A stretch of 64,000 bases of DNA from Corallochytrium limacisporum Hawaii (GCA_002811645.1 PDIP01000008.1:16749-80748); one strand, 5' to 3'; shown: positions 31,930-43,600, counted from the first letter of the stretch. Program-made: numbers and translations. The notes: generated by a model from the letters alone, not told the origin.

Positions 31930-33996
31930 ATGCCACCGAACAAGGCCAAACTCGTCGAGTCTGACGATGAGAGTGGATCCGAAAATGGATTCGATTTCAA
32001 AGTCAATGAGACTTTCGCTGAGAAGTACGAGCACAAGAAGAAGCATGAGGAACTCAGTAAACTCAAGGACCAGTATGGAGCTAATGTTCAGGAGGACGAC
32101 GATTCCACTTCAGAGGAGGAAGACTCGGACGCAGAAGAACTCACACCCACAGTTGAGAAGAACATTTTAAAAACAATTGCAGCTTTGAAGAACAAGGACC
32201 CTCGCATCTACGATCCTCAGTATAGTTTTTTCGAGGAGAAAGATATGGAGGACGAGGACAGTAAGGTGGACGGACTAAAGAAGAAAACAAAACAGAAAGA
32301 GGCAAAACCCATGTATCTCAAGGACTATGAGCGAAAGCGACTGCAAGAACGCGGAGCTCTTGCCTTTGTGTCAGACGACGAGGACGGGGAGCAGGACTCC
32401 AAGAATACCAGAAAGAACAAGGGCTATCATGAAGAAGTCGAGGATGCCCGTCAAGCCTTCCTCAAGTCAGCTGCAGAAGTTGATAGTAGTGATGAAGATG
32501 AGGACGACGGTCATGAAGTCCTCATGACTAAGACGCGGAAGGACCCCGACGGCACTGATGATAATGTTGAAGCTGACTACCTCCAATGGCTAAAGGGTTC
32601 TAAGAAAGCAGCTGTGGGCAATAAAGACCAACAAGAACTGGAGCCGATGAAAAAGGAATGGTCAAGGCCTGATCTGGATGAGAAAGAGCAGTACCTTCGA
32701 GATTACATCCTCAACGAAGGATGGCGTGACCATACCACAACCAAGACGAGCACAGCTGCAGCCTTCGACGAGCTGCACGACCCGGGCAACGAGGATGAGG
32801 TCAGCGAGAGCGAAGACGAAGAGGCTGTAGATGAGGCAGATCGCTTTGAGGCAAAGTTCAACTTTCGTTTCGAGGAGGAAGGCGGAACCTCGCTCAAATC
32901 ATACCCTCGTGTGATCGACGACAGTGTGCGCAACACTGTCAAGAGCAAGCGTGCGGAGAAGGCCAAGGCCCGAAAGGAGCGCAAAAGCCAGGAAAAGCTG
33001 CGCAAGGCTGAAGAGCTGCGCCGCTTAGAGGAGTTGCAGAAGGAAAACAAAAAGGAAAAGCTAGAGGAGATCAAGAAGTATGCCGGTTCCAATCTTGAAA
33101 TTGACCCGGATGCTATTGACCTAGATGGAGACTTCGATCCCGATAGATACGACCAGCAGATGCAGAAGGTCTTCAATGATATGTACTATGACCAAGACGA
33201 CGCAGAGAAGCCCGAGTTTAGCGATCTATCAGATGTGGAGGACTACGAGACGTCGGATCTGGAGTTGGGCACTGTTGAACACCAGAAGATGAACAGGGAG
33301 AAAAGAAGAAACCGGAGCGAGAACGGTGTCGAGGTACGGTACGACGAGAATGGCGATCCGATCATTGAAATGGATGCGGATGCTGTGCATGAGGATGTCA
33401 TGGATATTGGAGAGGAACATGAGCAAGTCGGGGAAGACGAACAGCTCCGCAAGGGTGGTCGTCGCCGACGGGACAAGAGTAAGTTTATGGAAGCCGTGCG
33501 TAGGCCAAAGCCCCGCTTTGATCCCAAACAGATGTCTTTCGATCAGTGGTTTGACAAGTACTATGACCTGAGCTACGAGGACATTGTGGCTGACCAGCCT
33601 ACGCGCTTCAAGTACCGCAAGGTAGTGCCCAATGACTACGGTCTTGAGGTCGATGAGGTCCTGCGCGCGGACGACAAGGAACTGAACCAATGGGTCAGTG
33701 TCAAGAAGTTGGTCAAGTACCGCTCCAAAGACAAAGAGAAGAAGGATCAGCTCAAGTACCGCAAGAAAGGCAAGAAGTTCGAAAAGAAATTGGAAGTGTT
33801 CAAGAGTTTGCAGGATTACTATTCCGGAAAGGGTATGCTTGTCAAGGACAAGAAAGACAAGAGATCTGGTGAGGACCCATCTGACAGAATGAGCCGCAAG
33901 GATAAAGTAAGGTCAAGGCATATGAAGGACAAGGTGAAGATCAGCGACAGTCGTGTGGCGGCCTACCTGAATCCTCATGGTGGCAGAAAGTTCTAG
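31930..33996 (+). CDS. KRI1: KRI1 homolog (40S ribosome biogenesis)
   Basis: FKVNETFAEKYEHKK, LKNKDPRIYD, YLRDYILNEGW, FEAKFNFRFEE, YPRVIDDSVR and RFKYRKVVPNDYGL...ADDKELNQWVSVKK. Confidence 0.95.
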   Translation: MPPNKAKLVESDDESGSENGFDFKVNETFAEKYEHKKKHEELSKLKDQYGANVQEDDDSTSEEEDSDAEELTPTVEKNILKTIAALKNKDPRIYDPQYSFFEEKDMEDEDSKVDGLKKKTKQKEAKPMYLKDYERKRLQERGALAFVSDDEDGEQDSKNTRKNKGYHEEVEDARQAFLKSAAEVDSSDEDEDDGHEVLMTKTRKDPDGTDDNVEADYLQWLKGSKKAAVGNKDQQELEPMKKEWSRPDLDEKEQYLRDYILNEGWRDHTTTKTSTAAAFDELHDPGNEDEVSESEDEEAVDEADRFEAKFNFRFEEEGGTSLKSYPRVIDDSVRNTVKSKRAEKAKARKERKSQEKLRKAEELRRLEELQKENKKEKLEEIKKYAGSNLEIDPDAIDLDGDFDPDRYDQQMQKVFNDMYYDQDDAEKPEFSDLSDVEDYETSDLELGTVEHQKMNREKRRNRSENGVEVRYDENGDPIIEMDADAVHEDVMDIGEEHEQVGEDEQLRKGGRRRRDKSKFMEAVRRPKPRFDPKQMSFDQWFDKYYDLSYEDIVADQPTRFKYRKVVPNDYGLEVDEVLRADDKELNQWVSVKKLVKYRSKDKEKKDQLKYRKKGKKFEKKLEVFKSLQDYYSGKGMLVKDKKDKRSGEDPSDRMSRKDKVRSRHMKDKVKISDSRVAAYLNPHGGRKF

Positions 33997-34345
33997 AAAA
34001 CAGAGCAATTTAGGCGGTAGGTGTTTCCTTTTGTGAATGTTTCTCGCGATGAAGACCATTTGGTCAGCATGTCTCGCTCGATGTGAATCCTCAATGTGGA
34101 ATCTAATAGTATGGATTTGTGCAAAATTAAAAAATGTTTCCCTTGTTTCCGAACGTTATGTTATGCAGAAGAATCTTTCCTTTGGTTTCGGCAGTAAACC
34201 AAAAAAAAAAGCGGCTCGTATTAGGATAGGAGTTCCAACCTTCACCGAATTAGAATTACCGAGTGTTTGAAATTTGTAGACCATGTCCACCAGCACTTTA
34301 GTTATCAGGCTGCTACACAGCATGAAACTGAACATGGGGAATGAT

Positions 34346-34750
34346 TTACTGAGAGGCCTTCTTGCCGGTCTTCTTGGGCAGGAGGACCTGGTGGATGTTG
34401 GGCAGAACACCACCCTGGGCGATGGTGACACCACCGAGCAGTTTGTTCAACTCCTCGTCATTACGGATAGCAAGCTGCAAATGACGGGGGATGATACGAG
34501 ACTTCTTGTTGTCACGAGCAGCGTTACCAGCCAACTCGAGAATTTCAGCAGTCAGGTACTCCAGGACGGAGGCCAAGTACACGGGAGCACCGGCACCAAT
34601 GCGCTCGGCGTAGTTGCCCTTACGGAGCAGACGGTGAACGCGGCCCACGGGGAACTGCAGTCCAGCGCGAGAAGAACGGCTCTTGGACTTGCCGCTCTTT
34701 CCGGAGGTCTTTCCGGCCTTACCCTTACCAGCACCAGCTTTGCCAGCCAT
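34346..34750 (-). CDS. H2A: Histone H2A
   Basis: [36 protein letters not shown]...[15 protein letters not shown]; ends KKASQ. Confidence 0.99.
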   Translation of the reverse strand: MAGKAGAGKGKAGKTSGKSGKSKSRSSRAGLQFPVGRVHRLLRKGNYAERIGAGAPVYLASVLEYLTAEILELAGNAARDNKKSRIIPRHLQLAIRNDEELNKLLGGVTIAQGGVLPNIHQVLLPKKTGKKASQ

Positions 34751-35165
34751 TTTGTTTGATTGCTTGAATAGTTACTTGAAGAAAAGTGACTTTCGTAAAG
34801 TCGATTGTGGCTACAGATTAGTACAGCCAGTGCATTTGTTTAAATACCCTGTAGGGATCTACTTGGCGCGACAAGTAGATTACGATTCCGTTCGCGCACA
34901 CCTCAGAGAAACCCGCCAAGACCGCCAGCCCCATACCATGTCTGTGCAGAGTGTGTTGCAAACGATAGGCAGCTCCGAACTCACAAAGATAACCCCACAT
35001 AGATACTATATTGAATCGATAGCAATTTGGTTTTGAGAAACCCTCCAGTCTATGACCGCTGCAATGAAGTGTTCTTGACGAAAACCCATTCTGTCCCTTC
35101 GTTGCGCGCCGCACAGCTTTACCCCGATTCCATCGCGTGGACGAAATGCCCAGTCCTCGTCCGTG

Positions 35166-35182
35166 TTCAAACTTTTCCCGCC
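35166..35182 (-). promoter_or_regulatory. E2F+CHR composite element upstream of H2A
   Basis: The minus strand reads GGCGGGAAAAGTTTGAA, the same layout as the separase element. A further TTGGCGCG lies at 34863-34870 and a TATTTAAA at 34846-34839. Confidence 0.5.
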
Positions 35183-38100
35183 GTGGATACCAAGTTGGAC
35201 CGGATTAGTACTGAACATATGGGAAGTCCAGGCGGACTGGTGTCCCGGGCTCGTATTTCACACATAGTGCCAACTAACACAGACCCTTCTGCTCAGACGC
35301 GGTTCCGCTTTGCCTTTCCCCCCAGCGAAAACACCCAAACTGCCATTGGCTTAGGGATCGAAAGGTGTAAAATTTGTGTATTTTTTGATATTTTGTAATT
35401 TTGTGTACTTTTGGTGGCCGCTTCAAAAGTACACAGGCGCAGGTGGATTCTGCGAGCAACTGGACATTCGCGTCACTCATATCAACCGTCCCGTCTGCAT
35501 CACTGGAATGGCGTATGTATCACGGTGTAATCAACATAGCAGACATGCTTGATCTGCTTTTCGAGATGTGTAAAGAATCTTTGGTGTACGCTGATGGTGA
35601 CGTGTTGGGATGGTGACCGGTCTGCCAGCCTAAGCCCGCGCCGGAATACCGGATTGCTGCAGAGTTGTGGAAAACGGGCAAGGGACACACAGTATTTGGC
35701 GGGCAAATCCTGCTCTCTTGCTCGGTGCTGGCGTGTATATTTGCCGGGAACCGGGAGTCTTATAAGACACAACTACCCACACCAGTCCCAAAATGGACAG
35801 TGAGATTACAGTCCTAGAGTGGTCAACCCCCGATGAGCCGGCCGCATTATTTTGAGTTCGGGGAAGTGCTAGGGACACCCACAGAACTCGAGCATCCGAA
35901 TGCATCCTCAACACTCTCCTCGGCATTGCACCTCTTTCCGTAAGAGGCCCTGATCACCACATCCGTTGTCTCCTATTTGTGCGGGCGTTGTGATGCTGAC
36001 GGTGCGACTGCTGTTACTCAGTCCTGTGGCAGTGGCGCGGCCCTTAACCGTCACATGCAGGCTTGAAGTGGCCCTTCTACAGTGGCGGTGGTCCAAGTTT
36101 GTTCACCCACACTATGGTCTAATCCTTGTCCCGGTAGCAGTGGTGCACATCTATGGCTTTAGGTGTGTATTGCGAGCATGGGTGGCGAATAGGAATACTA
36201 ATTATTGGTATTGGCCTTTGTTTCAACATGTTTCCGTTGAAACGATCGAGTGTTTACGGTCTGGTATGCTTCTCTGTCGATTTGGTGAGGGCGGAAACCC
36301 AATTTCCGGTGACAACACTGAAAAAATATTAGTACATTTATTATAGAAATACATTTTTATATACTGACTTTTTTAAAATAGCACCACACTAAGTTTTACA
36401 AACTTTGCAGCTTGAACAACCGCCCACTTCTTTCTGCAAGGAGTTCCTGTCTCCAAATCAGTGAAATCAAGGAGGTTCTTTATACATTAGATATGGAATG
36501 GTTTTTAAAAGCATTCCCGTGATTATCAGGTGTGACACTGTGGGCTGTACGAGGGCGTAAACTTGGCGAGGTGATCTTGTATGTTGGAGAAGGCGAAACG
36601 AATGCTTCTCCCTTGTTCGGGTCCTGAACTCCAGTACATTAACTATATAAATTGCTCGATCGATCGAAGCGCAGAGTCATCAGATTTTGTGGTCATGCGC
36701 TCCCCGAACTTCAAATCTTTTCTCTTTAATTCTGCGTCCAAGGTCCTTGTGCTCGAATCCATCCACGCGTCGTTTCTTTTGTCAACAATACGGTCCGACT
36801 CAGTAAGAATTGTTGAATGGTGAATTTCCGTTGCTAAACAGCGACCCCTAAGTTGGTGTCCCCCTTCATGGTGAGTCCAAAGCGTGACTGCCCGCCGAAC
36901 AACAATTAATAACATACTGACATATTTAAAAAGCTCCCTCGCGATTTCCGGCGCTGACTGTTTAAACAGGAGTCTATTTTACTAGGTAGCTGTGCGTCTC
37001 CCCTGTGTACTTGGAGCTCCCAATGCAGGGAGCGCTCTTCAGTACTCCCACAACCGGAAAAGTAGCAGGCACAGCGGCCACAGGAAGGAAGGCAATTAGG
37101 GAATTGAGGCATGGCCTAGGCCCCCCTCTTTGGCCCAATGAACGCTTAGAGCCAATCACCGGCCCGGAAATGGCCTATCGGGGAGGGAGGTTGGAAGGGG
37201 TGAATGGGTTTCGGTTGGCAACCAAACTTTGGGCCGGCAAAGGTCCTTCTATTATCTATGTACCGACAGTGGCCATCGCGCACGGCGACGGCCCTCAGCG
37301 TGCACGGCACACACTCGCCCTAAAAAATACTGCCTGCCTCTCCCTGGGCGCTCCAAGCTGTGAATTCGTGTAAAAAATTCTCCGGCTTCCGCAATTCCTT
37401 TCTTGGGTAATGGTTATACCAATAGACGACCAATAGCTGAATGGTATGATGCAGTCAATATTGAACGGATTGAAAACAACTACTATATACTCCCAGTTAT
37501 CATAGTTTGTGTTTTGGCGGTGGGCGTGGTTTCACACACTAGGCACTCGGACAACCAGCAGGGCTCGTCCCATTCTTTCTGCTAAAACATGAACATTTAG
37601 AGAGAAGTTCCCATGCCAGAGAAGTTCACATAGCCTGTGCAATAGTATATGTATTGCCATGAGGTGTCTGGACGCAGTACTGAGCACGGTTGAGCATCCG
37701 CATGCGAGAGGGTATTCTGCATGCAATAGACTAAGAAGGGCAAGGAATAGTGTGCCCGTTGATGATTCCGACACTCATGCACGGTCCCAGCATACTGGAC
37801 ATAGTGATCCATAGTGAGCGTGATATAGTCGACAGTTTCGCTTTTGGCGACTATCTATTGTGTTCCAACCGCACAGAGCGCGTCACCAACGAGCTCAAAG
37901 TTGATGTTCCGTGCCTTAGACCCAAGACAAGCCGGCGCCCCATGGTGTTGATTCAGCATGCAAGAACATTCTCTCCGAGATGATTAGCCACTGAGATACG
38001 CCACACATCAGGGATATTAGACCTAATGTCCAGCAGAATTCGCGCACTCAGTGATGATCTTTTGATCACCCCTATCCTCAGACCGAGATTGATCGAACCA

Positions 38101-38755
38101 GCAGTCAGAAAGCTTCCCCCCCCCCTCCCGGGGCGACGCTCCATCGCGCTCATCAACCTGTCGTTCGGCAATAATTTCGCTGGCTAGCCTGCAAAATTCT
38201 TGATATAATATATGTATTATATACTGCCACTCAATTTGATTCGAGACCTTCCCTGCCACCAGACCGCAATAACACCCTTGCGTCCGCCCCTCCGTTGCCG
38301 AGGACAAACGGGGAAGGGAAAGGGACGGCGAGTTTGGCACAGTTTAATGCTGCGTGCGTAGTGAAGAACAGCATGTAGGGTTTGTGCGGGCGGTATAGGA
38401 CCGGGCTCTCACAGACTTTACATATAGGTCACTCGAGACCCCAATCGGCCATTGCTCCAGTCCCTGTCCTGAGGTCTCATCCACGAGTTCTATTGCCAAG
38501 TGTGCTTCGGCTGTTTGTTAGTGTTCTTTGCTTCATGGACCTAGTGATCCTGCTATAATACCTCTGGGTCCAGTGTTCACAGAATATATAACAGGTACAG
38601 GTAATCAAAGCCACCAATCTGTGGAGAAGCAAGCTTTAAATTTCGTTCATCACTTATGTGTGTGAAAAGTCTGGGTGCGAATAGACTGTGATTAATGCAG
38701 AAGTAGAGAAACATGTAAACTAGGTGAACAGTACAATACAAATTACGATAAAATA

Positions 38756-41700
38756 ATGCCGTTGAACGCAAGTGACCGGATCAGTGGACTATCCCGCCAG
38801 CAACGGGAAGCTGTCGTTGACGGTCTCATAAAGGCAGAGTTGGGTAGGCGGCCCAATAATGCCGCTAGTCAAGTCGGGTTCACAAAGCAGTCCAACGTAA
38901 AGGAGTCAAACATTGGCGCACTCGACATGCTTGCCGACCCAGCCGATCCGCTATTTGAAGGTGCATCATTCACCTATCTGAGCAACAAGGATAATGCCAA
39001 CGCGATCTCGGGACATGCTGACCGCAGTGCCGATGCACAAACGGCTTATACCCTTCGTAGATTGGCGCTACGGGGTGACGTCGACGCTTTGATGGAGTAT
39101 CTGAAGGCAGAGTGCCCTGACACGGCGCATTTCCATCATTTGTGCAATCACACAGACGAGCACAGCGATCTGACTGCTCTAGATGTCGCAATTCTAACAA
39201 ACAAACCGCAGATAACAATGGTTTTGCGGAGTCTGGGTGGACGTACAAACATTGAGCACTCAGCGGAGCACTACCGGGCTCGGTGCAGTGAATTGTCGAT
39301 GAGTCTGGCGTCACTATGTGGAGGCTCACTGGCCAACTTGGCCGCTACCGAGGACAATGAGACGGACATCAAGACAGAACATCAGGAAAGTCCTGATAGC
39401 AAGACGGAGGAAGATTATAACCTGACCAACGGCGTTGAGGAAATCCTCCCTTCTCGTAGTCGAAGCGGATCCAACAATAAGGTTGCGCCGGCCGCTGATG
39501 AAGCACCGGTCACTGATGAAGAAGACACAAAAGTTGATGAGTTGCGGACTCAGATGCATGAGCTAGCACGGGAACATGCCAGCGAGGAGGAACTCTCTGA
39601 GGTGTCATCTATTCCAACCGGAATGCTAGGTCGGTTCCAATCACTATTCATGTTTGCATATCGGCTTTGGCAGCGGTATCTCATGAACACGGCTGGATCT
39701 ATGCAGATGTCCTTGATGGTCTATGGTGAGACCAGCCTGGCAATTGACAGCACGGGCATGCAGAGCCGTTTTGACACAGTTGTGACATGCATTCATGTCC
39801 AATTCTGTCAATCTGGAGATTTCGATGCTGATGATGACGTGCAGGACGTGACAATTAGCGATTTCCGCACTAACCTGCACTCACTATCCAATCTTGAGAC
39901 GGGGAAAGCCTACTATGTGCGCTGCAGGCTTAGGAATCCCGCAGGCTGTGGTGAATGGGTAGAGACCAATCCGCCCAAGGCAATACCTTCTAAGTTTGCC
40001 CGCAAGCCTGAGACTCTAGACCACGTCCTGGACGCGGAACACGTGCAGAACGCGTGGACCCAGGTACGCGATTTGCAGATCTATTATGCCCAAAGGCAGC
40101 TGCCGAGTGCGCTTCAAGTATCACTCATGGACAGCAGCCGGAAAAACATGATGAGGAGGACTTCCATGAGCAGTCTGATGGGCGCAATGCAGCGTGGTTC
40201 CTCAGCGAACCTCAACACAAACACCGGAAGAGCGTACGGGCACACCGTCGTAAACAGTCCGCGCGTGGCCGAGAGGACCTACAAGAAAGACAACACCCCT
40301 TCGGGCTGGTCCCGCATTTCGGGTGTGGTGAAGGATGGATTACTTGGAAGAGTGGGGTCAGGTGTGCTCCCTGCGGGCTGTGTAAGCTCGCGAAAGATGA
40401 AAGGTGCCTTGCTTTTGACCTGTGTGTGGTACAATGATGATGGATCAATATTGATGATGCCTCACAAAGGATTCAAATTGGCCAATGGATCAGGCGCAGT
40501 CGACGACGAAGACGATGACTCCGGTGCTGCTCATTCCATGATTCGTGGTGACCTGCCCAGCGCTCTGATTGCCCCCGACTGGCCGACAGGCACTACCGTA
40601 CAGAATTGCTTCCAAGAGGACTGGTTGTGGATGAATCAGATTGCCCTATCCAACTGGTCTGCACTGGTCTTGCTTGAGAACAGCGCCTTCTGGAAGTACC
40701 CCATCGAGTGGGATGACCTACCCACCTCACTCAAGGCTGAATTCGGAGACGTTGGTAGGGAGACAGAACAGTCCTTCACGATCCGCACCGAAAATGCTCA
40801 CACGGTGCATCCAGGAGTCCGCGCGGCGGACTCCCTGCGTCTTCGTCGCTACTTCATTCGTGCTGCAAGCAAGTTGCTGGCCGGTCTTAAATGTGCTGAT
40901 CTCGGCAACTTGCATTATGACACTCTAGTCGATGGCAACGGCAACACTCACATAGTCTGTCTCAACAAGACCACCCGGTCAACTATTGAATACTGGCGCT
41001 GGGTATCTCGGGGTACTGCGAGCAGCATGCCGGCAAGGCGCCGTAGCAGCTTCAATTCGAAGATCAGTGCGACCTTGGACGACTTTGCTAACGACGTCGT
41101 ACTCCCCTTCGATGACGTACCGTCGCAGATTGGTCTGTGGCGGTACCGCGCAGGAAAGAAGAAGGGCGAAAAGCAGTCACAAGGCTCGTCCAACAGCGGA
41201 GGCTCTTCGCCTCCGCCGCCACGTCTGCAAGCCGCGAGTTCAACTGACTTGCCCAAGAAAGAGAAGAAACTGTCCTTCCTCCGGCGCCGCACGAAGACAC
41301 CTGATGAATTAGGCGCCGATTCTATGAAAGCCATCTCTGAAATCGATAATCAGTGCCCGGATAGCACCCCGACCGCGACTTCGTTGCTGTTGGAGAGTTC
41401 CGAAGCGTTGAAGTCACCCATGCGCCAAGGGCTATATGTCAGTCTGTTGGACTCTTTCACTGAACCAACCTGTGCGTATGTTGTGACCCTACAGAGCAAT
41501 CTGCGCCAGCTACCCAGCGTCTGGGTGAGGCAGAATCACCACGTGAGCCGCGAAGAATGGAAGTCGTGTAGAGAGTATTTTACGGACACAAAGAAACAGG
41601 AAAGGACCAACAGTGCAGCTGATTCCGACCCCTTCGTCAAGCTCATCAACCAAAAAATTGATGTGCTGTTGGATTCCTTTGGTACTCACGGGGAACGCCA

Positions 41701-42724
41701 AAAGTACCGTATTTTCCTTGATGATATGCTGCAGATCAAAGACATGCGTGTAACGGCCATCTTTGTGGTGCCGGAACCCGATATGGTGATGAATTTGATG
41801 ATGATCCAAGACAAAACCATTCCACCAGGTGCAGTTGCCATTAGCAGCCGCCTCAAAGAGCTGTGCCACTTTGGTCTGCACAACACTTTCAAGCTATGGG
41901 CCAAGCTGAATGCAACAGTGAACATGGACCGTGTTCTACTCCGTCGCATTGCGGATGAAATGACTTCAGGTGGCTTGGATGGCCTTGATGACTTTGAAGG
42001 ACACTTTGACATTGTCAACAACATGGTCACGTACTGCGATGCGATTGCCACGCAGCTCCAAGACATCTGGTCCAGCTTGCGCTGGCTGCCCAAGCTCACC
42101 ATGGCTGGTCGCAAAGGTGGTTTCATCAACACCGGTACTAACCTGAATCCCTCTGAAGATACTGGTCTAAACGACAGCGGGGAAGCGAGCTTCGCTTTCC
42201 TCGATCCTTGCCCTGGTGCGGTGGAAGGACAGCCTCTACTGCGCAGCATTTCGATGCAGTCAACTGAACCACTGCAAGAGGTGAACAAGTCGTTATCCCC
42301 TTCACCTTGGTGGTGGGAGCAAGAGAGAGATCAGACGTACATCGCCAGCCTCACGGTCTGCGGACCGAAGGCATCGGCGGGAGGCAGCCCAGTCTGGGAG
42401 CAGCGTTTAACCTTAAAGATGACTCCTTACCTGACTGGCAAGTACATGAAGCTGCAGGGCCTCAAGAAGGCGGGCATTGTTAAGGATGCGAATGAGCGCA
42501 ACAGTCACACAGTCAATGTCATGAACCGCCTGGAACTGTGGTGTCAGTACTGCTGTGGGCTTGAGAGGAGAGTAGACGATACCGATTTCCCTTTGCAGGT
42601 TGGCCTCATTGAGTTCGGCGAGAGCGGTCACAGGCTACCGGCGAACCACCGTTTCCGCTTTGTCATGCGTCGCAAACCGCTTGTTCGTCCCAGTAAGGAA
42701 CTGTCCGGAGTGGACATGTTCTAA
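38756..42724 (+). CDS. ANKFN1: Ankyrin repeat + fibronectin type III protein, ANKFN1/wide awake (banderuola) homolog, probable C-terminal RA-like domain
   Basis: ANK: LTALDVAILTNKPQITMVLRSLGG. FN3: LETGKAYYVRCRLRNPAGCG..TNPPKAIPS. Conserved C-terminal block: GLYVSLL...LPSVWVRQNHHVSREEW. Ubiquitin-like end: GLERRVDDTDFPLQV. Confidence 0.85.
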   Translation: MPLNASDRISGLSRQQREAVVDGLIKAELGRRPNNAASQVGFTKQSNVKESNIGALDMLADPADPLFEGASFTYLSNKDNANAISGHADRSADAQTAYTLRRLALRGDVDALMEYLKAECPDTAHFHHLCNHTDEHSDLTALDVAILTNKPQITMVLRSLGGRTNIEHSAEHYRARCSELSMSLASLCGGSLANLAATEDNETDIKTEHQESPDSKTEEDYNLTNGVEEILPSRSRSGSNNKVAPAADEAPVTDEEDTKVDELRTQMHELAREHASEEELSEVSSIPTGMLGRFQSLFMFAYRLWQRYLMNTAGSMQMSLMVYGETSLAIDSTGMQSRFDTVVTCIHVQFCQSGDFDADDDVQDVTISDFRTNLHSLSNLETGKAYYVRCRLRNPAGCGEWVETNPPKAIPSKFARKPETLDHVLDAEHVQNAWTQVRDLQIYYAQRQLPSALQVSLMDSSRKNMMRRTSMSSLMGAMQRGSSANLNTNTGRAYGHTVVNSPRVAERTYKKDNTPSGWSRISGVVKDGLLGRVGSGVLPAGCVSSRKMKGALLLTCVWYNDDGSILMMPHKGFKLANGSGAVDDEDDDSGAAHSMIRGDLPSALIAPDWPTGTTVQNCFQEDWLWMNQIALSNWSALVLLENSAFWKYPIEWDDLPTSLKAEFGDVGRETEQSFTIRTENAHTVHPGVRAADSLRLRRYFIRAASKLLAGLKCADLGNLHYDTLVDGNGNTHIVCLNKTTRSTIEYWRWVSRGTASSMPARRRSSFNSKISATLDDFANDVVLPFDDVPSQIGLWRYRAGKKKGEKQSQGSSNSGGSSPPPPRLQAASSTDLPKKEKKLSFLRRRTKTPDELGADSMKAISEIDNQCPDSTPTATSLLLESSEALKSPMRQGLYVSLLDSFTEPTCAYVVTLQSNLRQLPSVWVRQNHHVSREEWKSCREYFTDTKKQERTNSAADSDPFVKLINQKIDVLLDSFGTHGERQKYRIFLDDMLQIKDMRVTAIFVVPEPDMVMNLMMIQDKTIPPGAVAISSRLKELCHFGLHNTFKLWAKLNATVNMDRVLLRRIADEMTSGGLDGLDDFEGHFDIVNNMVTYCDAIATQLQDIWSSLRWLPKLTMAGRKGGFINTGTNLNPSEDTGLNDSGEASFAFLDPCPGAVEGQPLLRSISMQSTEPLQEVNKSLSPSPWWWEQERDQTYIASLTVCGPKASAGGSPVWEQRLTLKMTPYLTGKYMKLQGLKKAGIVKDANERNSHTVNVMNRLELWCQYCCGLERRVDDTDFPLQVGLIEFGESGHRLPANHRFRFVMRRKPLVRPSKELSGVDMF

Positions 42725-42998
42725 TGAGATTGTCACAGGTTTTCATTTTCAGTATACAGTTTGTATGTCGTGTATGTAGAGCTAAAGGAGTTAACTGTTA
42801 ACTTTTGTGGTTGGTCATGTTCGGCTTCAGTTCTAGCCTATAGAGAGGCTTTGGATGAGTCCCATTGCCATAAGCTGAGATCAATTCTCATGCTGGAAAC
42901 GGTTTTGATTTGTCACTGTTGTATTTCATGCCTTTGCATTGCCTCCGGTTTACAACGGCTTTCTCATCTAACAGACCGGCTAGAACCGGCCCTGGTAC

Positions 42999-43600
42999 CT
43001 ATTCCTTGTGTGCAGGGACGGACAGACCAGCGCTGTTGACCTCAATGGCCTTGCGGATTTGCTTGGCCATACTCTTCACAATCTTGGGCAGGACTTGGGA
43101 TGCTGGAATAGTGGCAACTTGCTGCGTTCCTGAGAAGATACGCAATGCGTCCTTCCGGGCTTTTTGGGCCAGTTTCCAGGTTTTGTGCAACTGAGATTTG
43201 TTGATGTTGACGTTGCCATCGAGGGCTAGTCCCTGAATCTCGTTCACAGACTTGGCCTGCACAATCATCACAACTGTAGGTACATCCAAGGTTTTGAGCG
43301 CATTGAGGGATTGCTTAGCGCTGTAGTCCAGACTTTCGCTCTGTAATTCGAGCAGAAGATGACGGTTGCGCTCAATGAGTTCCATACGCAGAAACTCTGC
43401 GTCAATACCAAAGTGACCGGCAGATGTTTTGTAGGCCTCAATCATGGTACCTCCCCGCTGTCGCATCTGAAACTCCTGCTTGGTCATGGTAGTTTGCACA
43501 TTTGGGGCACTTGATGTACCACAGTAGCTGGGCAAGGACAGTTCAAGGTCCCACCGAGGGTTCATGATCTCATCACGGATTACATTTGCGCAAAGGACTG
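42999..43600 (-). CDS. Probable final exon (about 200 aa) of the myosin tail, in a +1 frame
   Basis: Open frame overlapping the myosin end on the same strand, with protein-like helical composition. A 46-nt GTGGGA...CATCAG intron (43643-43598) would join it in frame. Confidence 0.55.

Noticed and set aside
34283-34759. 158-aa ORF antisense to H2A (and a 282-aa ORF antisense to EB1 at 50142-50990)
   Set aside because: Typical antisense shadows of conserved, codon-biased genes.
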